Source: a virus. Taken from it: a stretch of DNA of 64,000 bases. A program made the translations under genes and the position numbers. Under the pieces are notes generated by a model that did no database searches, was not told the origin of the DNA, and worked only from the letters and a program-made list of their open reading frames with translations. Location: positions 32,001 to 96,000 of the IMG/VR virus record IMGVR_UViG_3300044675_001548, one strand, 5' to 3'. Positions 1 to 9,729 of this stretch are shown in pieces. The first letter of the stretch is position 1. Every line of letters begins with the position of its first letter.

Positions 1-113
1 TTGGATGCTCTAAGTTTGCCACACATTCTCTAATTCTTTTGTAGTAAAAGTCTATAAAATTTTCAACTAGTATCTGATCTACATCAAGATCTTCAGCTAC
101 ATGTTTATATAAA

Positions 114-497
114 CTAGATGCTTTCTTGGGTATCATTCTGACCAAAGAATTTGTAATCTAATAATATATTCCCATCTGTTTGTATCTTCAGATCTGGGTT
201 TAAACTGATTATCTTTTTATTGTCTTTATCCTTTATTACTAAGCCATTTTTCTCAGCTTTATTAATACAGTTTCTGACAGTCTGTGGTGTTTTAAATATC
301 CACTCCTCCTCAGAAGATGCATCATAGCAAAAGTTAGTTAGCTCAATTGGCTGGTTAAAGCTTAATAGTGTTAAACAGTTTAAATCAGATTCACTCATTG
401 TTACACGGTTAATGTAACAATGAGTTAGTATCTGAAATTTAACAACATCCCATTTGGGCATTTTGACCCGCTTTTGTACTTGGTTTACAAGTGCCAT
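114..497 (-). CDS. hypothetical protein (possible winged-helix-like)
   Basis: 127-aa ORF, co-oriented and tightly packed with neighbours. Confidence 0.6.
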   Translation of the reverse strand: MALVNQVQKRVKMPKWDVVKFQILTHCYINRVTMSESDLNCLTLLSFNQPIELTNFCYDASSEEEWIFKTPQTVRNCINKAEKNGLVIKDKDNKKIISLNPDLKIQTDGNILLDYKFFGQNDTQESI

Positions 498-500
498 GGT

Positions 501-806
501 TTATTGTTTTTTAAGCTTTCTTTCTTTTGGCGTAGGTACTTCATCTTGAACAAGATCTTCTCTCTCATTTTCTTCTTCCTCAAATTCTTCATGGTTCTGA
601 GGATTCATCATCATTGCCATTTGAACTTGGAACTGTGCTCTTCTAAATCTTACTTCATCTATCTCAGCAAGTTTCTTCTCATAATTAAGTTGAGCATCCA
701 GATAGGGAATTGAGTCTTCATAAAACTTAAGCATGTCAGCTTTTTTTGCAGCTAATTCTTCTGCAGATAATTCCATTTCTGGTTCATGTTGGTTCATGTT
801 TTCCAT
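501..806 (-). CDS. hypothetical acidic/coiled-coil protein
   Basis: 101-aa ORF; TATATTTG (-7-like) element upstream at 830-837. Confidence 0.65.
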   Translation of the reverse strand: MENMNQHEPEMELSAEELAAKKADMLKFYEDSIPYLDAQLNYEKKLAEIDEVRFRRAQFQVQMAMMMNPQNHEEFEEEENEREDLVQDEVPTPKERKLKKQ

Positions 807-829
807 TGTATATATTTTATAAGTTTAGA

Positions 830-837
830 CAAATATA
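830..837 (-). promoter_or_regulatory. Bacteroidota sigma -7 element TAnnTTTG (also at 10355-10362, 10459-10466, 11109-11116, 11189-11196 on the minus strand)
   Basis: TATATTTG/TATCTTTG in intergenic gaps just upstream of minus-strand starts. Confidence 0.6.
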
Positions 838-921
838 CAATAAAAGTTTAAACAAGATATATTTAAAACAAAAAATCCAGGCATACAAAGTACCTGGATT
901 AGTATATCTAGTATATCTTAA

Positions 922-1176
922 TCATAGTCCTGGAACTCTTCTTCTTTTTATATACTTCTTCTGTCTAACTTTTCTTTTGCTTCCTCTACAACCCGGAGGA
1001 TCACCTGGTCCACCAGTACATTGACTTTCTGCAGATGCTGCATTAGGAGATTGCAAACCTGTTACTCCGCCAACCTCATAACTTTTCATTGACCTGATCA
1101 TTGGTGCAGGTCCTCCTTTTTGCATTGACTTACAGAATACTGTAGCATCTGTAACTCCTTTTAATCCATGTTTCAT
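922..1176 (-). CDS. hypothetical protein, basic C-terminus
   Basis: 84-aa ORF downstream of the endolysin. Confidence 0.55.
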   Translation of the reverse strand: MKHGLKGVTDATVFCKSMQKGGPAPMIRSMKSYEVGGVTGLQSPNAASAESQCTGGPGDPPGCRGSKRKVRQKKYIKRRRVPGL

Positions 1177-1337
1177 ATTATCTATTTTTAATTGTAAAGT
1201 TTAAAACAGTAAGCAGGTAAAACTCTCTTGATATATCTATCTCTAGTGAGAATATGTCCAAACTAGATAATCTCAATCTTACCATCACTTTATCCCACTG
1301 CTTCTTTGAATTATTCCAGTTGTTTCTCAGTTTCATA

Positions 1338-2216
1338 CTATAAGCTTAATAACATATCAATTAACTCTTGCTGCGGGAACATGTCCACTTTACCTCTTAA
1401 TACATTAGTGTGAGAGTACATTCCAGGTGTAGAATTAGCTTTAGCCAAATCTAACACATCAAATCCATCAGCACCTTTAGCTTTTACATACTCTACTAAA
1501 CCTACTCTAGGATCTATGTTATATTTCTCAGCTACAAATAGTATCCATTGTTTTAATGCAGTTATCTGAGCATCTGAATATCTGTGCCAGAACTGAAATC
1601 CACGGAATGGTTTAGCTAGCTTAACTATTTGATTAGGATCTGCTGGTGTACCAACATATGTTTTACCATTAACTATCTGACCCATACAACATACCTCAAT
1701 AGCTACAGAGTTTCTATGCATAACAGAGTTACCTGTACCTGTGTGCCACCCATATCCTCCTTCTGGAAAACACTGAATTAATTCACCGTCATACTTAGTA
1801 TCTCCATTTCTAACAGACTGTCCTCCTAATACAAATTCAGTGGCTACATTACCTCTGTCATCTCTTCCCCACATGTCAGCTACTTGATAAGGATTCTCCC
1901 ATCCTGCTGTGTGGTGTAAGAATATCCAATTCTTTGGAACAGGGCCAGCAAAATAAGTACCCGGAATCATGTAATGTTTCTTGATCTCTAATGCTTTTTC
2001 TACTTCTAGATTCTCTGCATTATCTGTATTAAGGATACCCATGTGTGCCCAAGTCTTAGTACCTACTATACCATCTGCTACCAGACCATTTTTCTTCTGG
2101 TAAGATTTTACTGCAGATTCTGTTTTAGGACCAAAGATTCCGTCAGCTGTAAGTTTTAAGAATTCTTGAAGAGTAACCACTGATGGTCCCTTGCTTCCTT
2201 TCTTTAAAACAGACAT
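1338..2216 (-). CDS. endolysin: N-terminal peptidoglycan-binding domain plus N-acetylmuramoyl-L-alanine amidase
   Basis: PG_binding-like LKKGSKG..V..LQ..L...ADGIFGPKTE..VK.YQ..NGL..DGIVG..TW; amidase Zn-ligand pattern FLHHTAG ... IEVC ... SHTNV. Confidence 0.9.
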   Translation of the reverse strand: MSVLKKGSKGPSVVTLQEFLKLTADGIFGPKTESAVKSYQKKNGLVADGIVGTKTWAHMGILNTDNAENLEVEKALEIKKHYMIPGTYFAGPVPKNWIFLHHTAGWENPYQVADMWGRDDRGNVATEFVLGGQSVRNGDTKYDGELIQCFPEGGYGWHTGTGNSVMHRNSVAIEVCCMGQIVNGKTYVGTPADPNQIVKLAKPFRGFQFWHRYSDAQITALKQWILFVAEKYNIDPRVGLVEYVKAKGADGFDVLDLAKANSTPGMYSHTNVLRGKVDMFPQQELIDMLLSL

Positions 2217-2218
2217 TG

Positions 2219-2521
2219 TTACTTACGGTTAAATTTTTTACTCATCATGTGAGCAACCCATTTACCAACTCTTTGTAGTACTGGAGTCTCAGCTTCTACT
2301 TTAACTGTAGTGCCTTCATCTGTCTTAGTAACTTCTACATCTAATTTTCTAGAGTCTAGTACAAACTTCTTTTCTTCTTCATTAGCTTTTACTGTAACAT
2401 CTACTTTAGGTGTATCTACTACTACATCTAAGTTCTTGTCTTTTTTCTTAACACTTACTCTGGTTTTCTTTACCTTAACTTCAGCATTAATTTCCACTTG
2501 TGGTTTTACTTTCTTTGCCAT
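2219..2521 (-). CDS. hypothetical V/K-rich protein in lysis cassette
   Basis: 100-aa ORF with repeated beta-strand-like VDV/VEV segments. Confidence 0.6.
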   Translation of the reverse strand: MAKKVKPQVEINAEVKVKKTRVSVKKKDKNLDVVVDTPKVDVTVKANEEEKKFVLDSRKLDVEVTKTDEGTTVKVEAETPVLQRVGKWVAHMMSKKFNRK

Positions 2522-2765
2522 TTTTCTTTTTTTTAGTTATTACTGTTTCTAAATCCTTGTAATCTTCTACTGTTAATTGGGATAAAGTAGCTGCTACTGT
2601 TCCTGCAGTTACTAAATATCCAGCCACTGTTACTACTGTAGCTGGTAATGTTATTGGAGCTGCTATTACTACACCTGCAGCTGCACCTAATGCTATTGCA
2701 ACCTTCTGTACATTCTTCCAAAACTTAGGTGTTTTAGCATTCCATCTTTTTTTTATATCAGTCAT
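2487..2765 (-). CDS. putative holin
   Basis: 92 aa, two hydrophobic segments, charged C-terminus, upstream of the amidase. Confidence 0.6.
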   Translation of the reverse strand: MTDIKKRWNAKTPKFWKNVQKVAIALGAAAGVVIAAPITLPATVVTVAGYLVTAGTVAATLSQLTVEDYKDLETVITKKKKNGKESKTTSGN

Positions 2766-3033
2766 GTCTATTGTTTACTATGAATAATTTTACTGCATCT
2801 GATAATTCACTTACATTCTTTGCTAAGTTTTTAATTTCAAGCTGTGTAAGTTCTTGTAGTGCTTGATATTTTATTTGACTTTCTTGCTGTACCAATTCTA
2901 TTTTACCTTTTAACTTACCTTGTTCTTCTGTATTTTTTCTAACATCAGAGTGTATCATTTTTAAAAAGTATCCAAATATAGCAAAAATTGAACTAGCTAC
3001 AAAAAGGATGAGTGTCATTAACCAAGTTTCCAT
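2758..3033 (-). CDS. putative holin/antiholin-like membrane protein
   Basis: N-terminal TM helix followed by a coiled coil; in the lysis cassette. Confidence 0.55.
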   Translation of the reverse strand: METWLMTLILFVASSIFAIFGYFLKMIHSDVRKNTEEQGKLKGKIELVQQESQIKYQALQELTQLEIKNLAKNVSELSDAVKLFIVNNRHD

Positions 3034-3113
3034 TGTTGTTATGTTATAAATATATATTTATAATATACAAAAAATTATTAAACTGACCAAGCAAAATAAG
3101 TAAAAATACTTAG

Positions 3114-3347
3114 TTAAACTTCATATTGAGGTAACTGTACATTGTTAACCCAGTCAATGATATCTTGATCATTCCAATCTTCAGTATAAGTATAACCAGA
3201 AAAGGTTACACCAAATACAGTAGATGGTGTGGTTAATAATACATCAGTACTACATACTTTATCTATAATGTTATCTAATACAGTTGTTACTGTTACTGTA
3301 GGATCAATTATCTCTACGTTGAATTGAGGGAATTTATAAGTTGCCAT
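3114..3347 (-). CDS. hypothetical tail-associated protein
   Basis: 77-aa ORF in the tail-fibre block. Confidence 0.55.
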   Translation of the reverse strand: MATYKFPQFNVEIIDPTVTVTTVLDNIIDKVCSTDVLLTTPSTVFGVTFSGYTYTEDWNDQDIIDWVNNVQLPQYEV

Positions 3348-3350
3348 AAT

Positions 3351-3959
3351 TTATGATAATGTTGTTCCTGTTACGGTGAAAGTTCTTACTGGAAAATAAG
3401 TAAAAGCTACTGATGTTGTTTTAGCTACTACACTCATTAGACCTATATTATTTAAAACATACGCTTGTGTTGTTGCATTTAATACTGTATTGGAAGTCCA
3501 ATAAACTCTTCCTGATGAAGATAAATTTAAGGGTGAATAGTTTAACAAATTATTTTGGTCATTAGCAAAATTAAGCAAGTTAAAAATCTCTTTTATATTT
3601 GCTAACCTCCATCCGCTTGTGAAAGTTCCAACTGAATAAGAAAGTGAATTATCAACAGCTTGATTCCAAGTATTACCCGTTGCAATTGCAACTCTTGAAA
3701 TACCCAACACAGTTGAACCATCATAAGTACTCCAATCAATTACAATGTCATTTGTATATGTCTGACCTCCAAGCTCATCAGTAAATCTGTTGGTGTTTCC
3801 AAATGGATTGTTACTTGCTAATATTTTAAATGATGTTGCTCTTCCAGCCTCAAGATCTCCATCATCTCCAGTTCTGAATGATGTTGTCTGACCTGTTTTC
3901 ATCAATGTAGCTCCCACAGGAGGGTCAGATACTGGTTTTATTTCTATTCTTGTGCTCAT
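3351..3959 (-). CDS. tail-associated protein with DUF1566/Lcl-like domain
   Basis: GWRLANIKEIFNLL and YWTSNT resemble the DUF1566 WRLPT..EL / YWSST pattern. Confidence 0.55.
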   Translation of the reverse strand: MSTRIEIKPVSDPPVGATLMKTGQTTSFRTGDDGDLEAGRATSFKILASNNPFGNTNRFTDELGGQTYTNDIVIDWSTYDGSTVLGISRVAIATGNTWNQAVDNSLSYSVGTFTSGWRLANIKEIFNLLNFANDQNNLLNYSPLNLSSSGRVYWTSNTVLNATTQAYVLNNIGLMSVVAKTTSVAFTYFPVRTFTVTGTTLS

Positions 3960-3960
3960 A

Positions 3961-5199
3961 TTATCTACTTATTTCTTCCCAGTCCATTGATGCAAATGCA
4001 GTTTCAGTATTTGTACCTGCAGTTAAAATTAGACTAAACTCATAAGCTGTTCCTGTTAGGCCATCTCTTTCTAGTTGGGTTGCAAGTAAAGCTGCTCTTA
4101 ATATATCAACAGATACACTTGTACTTGCTGTAGCTGTAAAATATCCTGATGCTATAGTTCTACCTCCTGCAAACGAAGTGCCTGTTAAGTTATATTCTAC
4201 AGAAGAGTTTGCTCCTGCACTTACCCAAGATCCACCTGTAGTAGTTCCTGCTGCTACAACTTGCCAATTATAATTAGCTGATGTATTTCCTATAATAGAA
4301 ATAGCCGTAGCAACAACTATGCCGTCTAGTCTTGTAGATTTTAGTCTTATGGAAACCATTGGGTAAAGTGTTCCAGCAGTTGCTAATGCTCTAGCACTTG
4401 TTATAGGAGTACCAACTGCTTGTTGTAGACCACGTAACTCATAACCTCCTTCAGAGATAACTGTAGAGCAGACTTGTTTTAAAACAGAAGAACCGCTAGT
4501 ACCAGCTGTGTTAAATATCTCATACCGTATTGGTAGGGAAGCAGTTGTAATATAAGTACTAGTAATTAAGTTAGCATGGTGGAAAGTGTGACAAATAATA
4601 TACTGTCCATTAATTATAAATCCCACACGAACAGAACCTACACCTAGCCATTCAAAGTCAGAAAATAGAATCTGAGCTTTAGTTAAATCTAAAGTAAGTC
4701 CTGAAGCACCAGTACCATCTAGTTTATCTCCATTCCAGTTAGCTTGTAATACAGGAGTATTAATAACAGAACCTGTTACAGAAGACCTTTCTACAAATTG
4801 AACTGTGGTCCCTACTTGTTCTAAGTAGTAACCATTACCAACTCCATAGTACCCAACACGCTGAGTAAGTCCTGCTTTAGCAGAAGACATTACAAATGTA
4901 TTAAGTACTAAAAGAGATTTACCAGGCTGATAAGAAAAAACTTTAATTGTCTCTCTTACTACTGAGGAACCAGAGGCTGCTGTAACAGTTAAATCTACAA
5001 GTCCTTGAGCACTATTAAATACCGCTGTACCACTTGTAGCGGTAGCTGTAGACCAAAGTCCATTATCATCAAATCTGTGGCTGGAGTCAAATAGTGTTAA
5101 AGGTTGAGACACTCTTAATCTACCAAAAGCATCAGCAAGCATTGGCTGATTAGCCAATATTGATTGGTTAGATCCAGAAGTATTTATAACTATACCCAT
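3961..5199 (-). CDS. virion structural/tail protein (beta-rich)
   Basis: 412 aa, T/S/G-rich; DAFGRLRVSQPLTLFDS, SYQPGKS and DFEWLGVGSVR motifs, recalled from aquatic phage virion proteins. Confidence 0.7.
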   Translation of the reverse strand: MGIVINTSGSNQSILANQPMLADAFGRLRVSQPLTLFDSSHRFDDNGLWSTATATSGTAVFNSAQGLVDLTVTAASGSSVVRETIKVFSYQPGKSLLVLNTFVMSSAKAGLTQRVGYYGVGNGYYLEQVGTTVQFVERSSVTGSVINTPVLQANWNGDKLDGTGASGLTLDLTKAQILFSDFEWLGVGSVRVGFIINGQYIICHTFHHANLITSTYITTASLPIRYEIFNTAGTSGSSVLKQVCSTVISEGGYELRGLQQAVGTPITSARALATAGTLYPMVSIRLKSTRLDGIVVATAISIIGNTSANYNWQVVAAGTTTGGSWVSAGANSSVEYNLTGTSFAGGRTIASGYFTATASTSVSVDILRAALLATQLERDGLTGTAYEFSLILTAGTNTETAFASMDWEEISR

Positions 5200-5657
5200 T
5201 ATATATAATTTACAGCAACTAATAAAGAAGAGCCAGCATTAGTAGTAGTATCCCAGGTTATAAGTGCCCCATCATAATAATTCATAACTCCTCCAGCATC
5301 TAAATTTAATGTTTCTCCTGGTTTTAGTATTAAATAAAGAGTTCCTCCATCAAATGATATTCTAGCATCAGCGGTTCCAACACTAGCAAAAGAAATAGAA
5401 AATATGGTATTGCTAAATGAAGTAGCATTGTCATCAGCAGCAGTAAATCTTTTAGCTGCTGTATTAATTAGAACATTTGCTTGTTCATTAGATAATACAG
5501 TAGAAACTGAGTTATCATTATTTTGTTGACCTAATGGAGCTTTAATAGCAACATTAAATGTTGAACTAATTATACTCTGAAGTCCTTGTAGAACTTTCCA
5601 CTGGAATGGTAAGTTATTACCTTGGTTTCCGGTGTCTTTTAAATTTCCTATTGACAT
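5199..5657 (-). CDS. putative virion structural protein
   Basis: 152-aa ORF, beta-rich, in the structural block. Confidence 0.6.
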   Translation of the reverse strand: MSIGNLKDTGNQGNNLPFQWKVLQGLQSIISSTFNVAIKAPLGQQNNDNSVSTVLSNEQANVLINTAAKRFTAADDNATSFSNTIFSISFASVGTADARISFDGGTLYLILKPGETLNLDAGGVMNYYDGALITWDTTTNAGSSLLVAVNYI

Positions 5658-5720
5658 AGTTATAATTTTAATAAATTTTTATTCCTGTATATGATATGAA
5701 GTTTAGTATATCTACAGTAA

Positions 5721-6524
5721 TTAGAAATTATAAAGTTCATAATATAAGTAGAAACGGCCCCCAAATTGATTAGCATAAGTAGTGTTATCCACTGTAATAG
5801 ATAAATCATCTACACCACTAGCACCACCTATGTTTGCACCATCAATAACAAAAGTGTCTCCATTTACATAACCTGTTCCACTATTCACTAGAACAACTGA
5901 ATTAATTACTCCAGCTCCATCACGTGTTACTGTAAATGTAGCATTACCAACTGATACCCCAACATTTGAATAGGTTTGTCCAGCCTCTGCTAAGATTGTT
6001 GTTCCTGTACCTGGTGTAAAAGAAGTTATTGCACCAGTCAAAGTTGGATTTGCATTAAAGATAGCATAATCCGCTCCTGTTGGTGCAAAGCCTGTTGCAA
6101 TAACATAAGGAATAAAAGAATCAGATATTGCAGGACTGTAGTATACAGAAAACTGCATATATACATTATCTGGATTTGTAAAATCCATTTCTGCATTATT
6201 AATACTAAGCGGAACGGCAGTAGCAAATGCTGGTTGTGGATCAACTTCAGGTGTTGCCATAATGATTTCAATAACCCCTCTTGAAGTAGTTACATCTACT
6301 ACAGGTACTAATACCGAGTTTAAATCAATAGTATAGTATCCAGTATTACCTATATTACCCGCCTGCACTGCATCTTTAAGAGGCATAGCATAAGTCTGAT
6401 ACTGATCATCTCTTCTATTAAACCCTACATTAGCACCTAATGCTACTAGGTCTGTGTTAGGATCTACAGCTTTAGTTTTAATCAGACCTGCTGTTTTTAA
6501 ATATAGCCAGTTTAAAATATCCAT
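5721..6524 (-). CDS. putative tail fibre/spike protein
   Basis: 267 aa; N-terminus paralogous to 6549-8174; GTGYVNGDTFVIDGANIGG beta-repeat. Confidence 0.6.
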   Translation of the reverse strand: MDILNWLYLKTAGLIKTKAVDPNTDLVALGANVGFNRRDDQYQTYAMPLKDAVQAGNIGNTGYYTIDLNSVLVPVVDVTTSRGVIEIIMATPEVDPQPAFATAVPLSINNAEMDFTNPDNVYMQFSVYYSPAISDSFIPYVIATGFAPTGADYAIFNANPTLTGAITSFTPGTGTTILAEAGQTYSNVGVSVGNATFTVTRDGAGVINSVVLVNSGTGYVNGDTFVIDGANIGGASGVDDLSITVDNTTYANQFGGRFYLYYELYNF

Positions 6525-6548
6525 GGTATAAATTTAAAATATTATTAA

Positions 6549-8174
6549 TTATATATATGCAGCATGTTCAGTTATACGAACTCTGTCTATAAATGCTTCA
6601 TCAGCAGCATTACTTAATTGAATAGCAAATAAAATGTAAAGCTGACCTAGGTCTACAGTTGAATTTTGTATAGTATTACCTGTATTACTTAAATCACTTG
6701 CAGATTGTGTTAATCCATTAAACATTGTAAATACAGTATCTATTTTTTTAACATCTCTAAAATTTCTTAAATAGGCATTTGCTGCTGCAGGTTGATTTGC
6801 ACCTGTTGCTATTTTTACAAAAGTACCTGAAAAATCTGATGTATCTGATAAATATACTTGAGATTGAACATTTCCTAGTGCAGTAGTTCTATAACAACCC
6901 CAAGATATTTCAAGAATTGAATCTGTTGCTAACATACCACTTATATCCTTAAATACTGAAATAACAGGAACAGTAGTTCCAGTAACTCCAGCTCCAAAAT
7001 CAGGATGGTTAAATATAGTTTTAACATAATCAGGTGGTACAGGACCAGCCGGACCAGGAATTCCTTGAATCCCTTGAGGACCCTGAGGACCAGTAGCACC
7101 CTGTGCAGCAAGTAGTGCCCAATTTGCAGTATCAACAGATGGATCTGTAACAGATGGACCTACACCAGATGGATTATAACAAAAGAATGATTCACCTGCA
7201 AAAGATACAGCATCATTCTCAGCATATGTACCAGCATTAGACCATGCGCCACTCCAGTTTAATCCTGCTGGACCAACTGGTCCCGGAACTCCTTGTGGTC
7301 CTTGTGCACCCTGTGCTCCTGTTGCACCTGTAGCACCATTTGCACCTGCAGGTCCTACGGCACCTTGTGATGCCAATAAAGCCCAATTTAATGGATCAAT
7401 ATCTGGACTAGTAGTTCCTGATGTTGCTGTTATACAAAAGTAAGATGCACCTGCATAACCAACTGCATCATCTACATTATATGAATTTCCAGAAACCCAC
7501 GCACCTTGCCAATTCAATCCAGCAGGTCCTACTGGTCCAGGCACACCTTGTATTCCTTGAGGACCTGTTGGTCCCACTGGTCCAAGAGGCCCTTGAGCAC
7601 CGGTAGCTCCAGTTAAACCAATTGGTCCTTGTATACCTTGAGGTCCAACAGCACCTTGTATACCTTGTGCTCCCTGAATACCTTGAGGACCTTGTGCACC
7701 TTGAGATGCTAACAATGCCCAGTTTGCAGTAGCTAAGTTTGGAGGAGTTGTTCCTGATGTTGGAGCAATACAGTACCATGAAGCACCATTATAACCAACT
7801 GAATCATTTATTGAATAAGATGTACCGGATACCCATGTACCTTCCCATACTAAACCGGCAGGTCCCACAGGTCCTGGATTTCCTTGAATACCTTGTACTC
7901 CAGAAGGTCCTTGTATACCAGCTGGTCCAGTAGCTCCCTGATTTCCTTGAGGTCCGGCAATTCCCTGAGGCCCCTGAGGTCCTTGTGGTCCAGTTGGACC
8001 GGTTGCGCCTGGTGTTATTTGACCTATAAAGTCCTGTACAGTAATTGCTCCTGCCAGATAAGCGTCATCTCTTCTAGGATCTTTAAGTCCTACTGGTAAT
8101 ACTGTTTTAGCAGGATCTACAGATGTTACTTGTCTGCGGCCTCTGATCCAAGAAATAAAATTTAAGATATCCAT
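6549..8174 (-). CDS. collagen-like tail fibre with three repeated carbohydrate-binding-like modules
   Basis: long GxY runs (GPQGPQGIQG) interleaved with three W.G.W.SG.SY..nD.V.Y.GAS(W/Y/F)(Y/F)C modules. Confidence 0.8.
   Translation of the reverse strand: MDILNFISWIRGRRQVTSVDPAKTVLPVGLKDPRRDDAYLAGAITVQDFIGQITPGATGPTGPQGPQGPQGIAGPQGNQGATGPAGIQGPSGVQGIQGNPGPVGPAGLVWEGTWVSGTSYSINDSVGYNGASWYCIAPTSGTTPPNLATANWALLASQGAQGPQGIQGAQGIQGAVGPQGIQGPIGLTGATGAQGPLGPVGPTGPQGIQGVPGPVGPAGLNWQGAWVSGNSYNVDDAVGYAGASYFCITATSGTTSPDIDPLNWALLASQGAVGPAGANGATGATGAQGAQGPQGVPGPVGPAGLNWSGAWSNAGTYAENDAVSFAGESFFCYNPSGVGPSVTDPSVDTANWALLAAQGATGPQGPQGIQGIPGPAGPVPPDYVKTIFNHPDFGAGVTGTTVPVISVFKDISGMLATDSILEISWGCYRTTALGNVQSQVYLSDTSDFSGTFVKIATGANQPAAANAYLRNFRDVKKIDTVFTMFNGLTQSASDLSNTGNTIQNSTVDLGQLYILFAIQLSNAADEAFIDRVRITEHAAYI
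7060..7990 (-). repeat. collagen G-X-Y repeats plus three tandem copies of a globular module
   Basis: GPVGPAGL(V/N)W...NWALLA(S/A)QGA occurs three times in the translation. Confidence 0.85.
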
Positions 8175-8203
8175 GATTTATTTATTTAGTTATTAATTAT
8201 ATA

Positions 8204-8851
8204 TTATACACCAGTGTATGATACGGTACATGTATTATTGATTAAGTATTCAATTTCAAATGAGACATTTACCTCAATAGTTGTTGCAGGTAGAACTGTA
8301 AGTGGACAAGGATCTACCTTCAGTTCAAGTATAACTTCTACATTATTACCCACAACATTATATGTATGTTCAAATGTAATCTGAGCATAGTTTAATCCAC
8401 TTAGGGTACTTAGATCAGTTACAGTATTAAATAATCCAAGAGGTTCTACTTTTTGTTTTAATGATATTCCTGGTACATCTGCATATGCAACACCAGAAGT
8501 TTTCCATGGATAAATTCCAAAGTTTGATAAACCAAATCCATTTTCTACAAGTATTGTTCCTAACGGAACTGCATAACTTCCGGCTGATTGTAAAACCACA
8601 GACCCTCCAACTTTCCATCCTGATAAATTTTCAATAGGTAAATTAGGATCTATGCTATGTAAATCTTCAACCTTCAGACATGTACTGAGCATGCTGGGTT
8701 TAATAACATAAGGTATTTGAGAAGAAGTAACTTCTGTACTATACTTGTTTGAGTCATTACATGCTGGCAAAAGCAAATTCACATTGCTTGCCAATACTTC
8801 AATAGATTGATTATTATATTGCCAGGTATATGGGAATAATGGAGTAGGCAT
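8204..8851 (-). CDS. putative virion structural protein
   Basis: 215-aa beta-rich ORF at the start of the tail block. Confidence 0.6.
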   Translation of the reverse strand: MPTPLFPYTWQYNNQSIEVLASNVNLLLPACNDSNKYSTEVTSSQIPYVIKPSMLSTCLKVEDLHSIDPNLPIENLSGWKVGGSVVLQSAGSYAVPLGTILVENGFGLSNFGIYPWKTSGVAYADVPGISLKQKVEPLGLFNTVTDLSTLSGLNYAQITFEHTYNVVGNNVEVILELKVDPCPLTVLPATTIEVNVSFEIEYLINNTCTVSYTGV

Positions 8852-8953
8852 TGTAATTACATTTATAATATACTATAATATACAAAAAATATTTGATATA
8901 AAAAAATCCTTAGCTAAAAAACTAAGGATCTTTTTGTTTGGAGAGTATATAGG

Positions 8954-9151
8954 TTAAAACATCAAGCCCATAAAGAATGCTATCAGCAGCATTACAATTA
9001 AAGTTATATTAGCATATTTTTTTCCTTCTGGGTCTTCTTCCCAGACATTGTGCATCTTATTATATAAGGGTTTACTCATAGCATTATTTACTAAAAACAA
9101 GAACCCTAATACTATTACACCAAATATAAACATGATTCCTTTTATAATCAT
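8954..9151 (-). CDS. small two-TM membrane protein
   Basis: 65 aa with two hydrophobic helices. Confidence 0.6.
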   Translation of the reverse strand: MIIKGIMFIFGVIVLGFLFLVNNAMSKPLYNKMHNVWEEDPEGKKYANITLIVMLLIAFFMGLMF

Positions 9152-9426
9152 AGTGAGTCAATTCTTTTTTGTAAATATACTAAAGCTTTTTCTAAATCTT
9201 CTTTTTCTGTAGAAATATTTTTCTTACCAGCCCGGGCAACATACTTAATTACATTACCTAGATAGAAGTCTTTGTCTAGTCCCCAAGCTTCTAATACTTG
9301 GAATACCTCATATATATTATCCTTGCCGCCATAATACTCCGGCCGGGGTCCTTTATCTGGTTGTAGATTGAGCACTCTATCTGTAACATCAATAAGAGTA
9401 GCTCTTATTTTATTATCCTGACTCAT
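9148..9426 (-). CDS. DUF3310-like protein
   Basis: YYGGKDNIYEV...DFYLGNVIKYVARAGKK...EDLEKALVYL matches the DUF3310 pattern. Confidence 0.8.
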   Translation of the reverse strand: MSQDNKIRATLIDVTDRVLNLQPDKGPRPEYYGGKDNIYEVFQVLEAWGLDKDFYLGNVIKYVARAGKKNISTEKEDLEKALVYLQKRIDSL

Positions 9427-9429
9427 GAC

Positions 9430-9729
9430 TTACCACACTATAATTACATCACCTTCATTAAGAACAAGCTTTATACTTCCATCTATTTCTATTCTCTCTA
9501 CTTGTTCCATGTTAAGTGCTGAGGTTCTTACATATACTTGATCACCTTCCTTTACTTCTTCTACTTTATCGCCTGTGGCATAAACTGTAAGTTTACTCCA
9601 AAGCTTAGCAGCCTCTTGCATCATTGCCTCTTCATCCTTAGCTGATAATTCTAGTGCTGACTTTTTTCTTTCAGGTACACTTAATAAAATAGTGCGGCCT
9701 CTTAATAACTTAAACGGTTTCATGTTCAT
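9430..9729 (-). CDS. GroES-like co-chaperonin
   Basis: 99 aa; FKLLRGRTILL...VYATGDKVEEVKEGDQVYV...LVLNEGDVI fits the GroES layout. Confidence 0.65.
   Translation of the reverse strand: MNMKPFKLLRGRTILLSVPERKKSALELSAKDEEAMMQEAAKLWSKLTVYATGDKVEEVKEGDQVYVRTSALNMEQVERIEIDGSIKLVLNEGDVIIVW

Noticed and set aside
3351-8174. Diversity-generating retroelement targeting the fibre genes
   Set aside because: No reverse transcriptase and no TR/VR pair with adenine-specific mismatches was seen in the window.
474-8618. Shadow ORFs such as 474-713, 746-1024, 2310-2552, 7421-7606, 7477-7779 and 7884-8099
   Set aside because: They are antisense or out-of-frame to convincing genes and have biased, non-protein-like composition.
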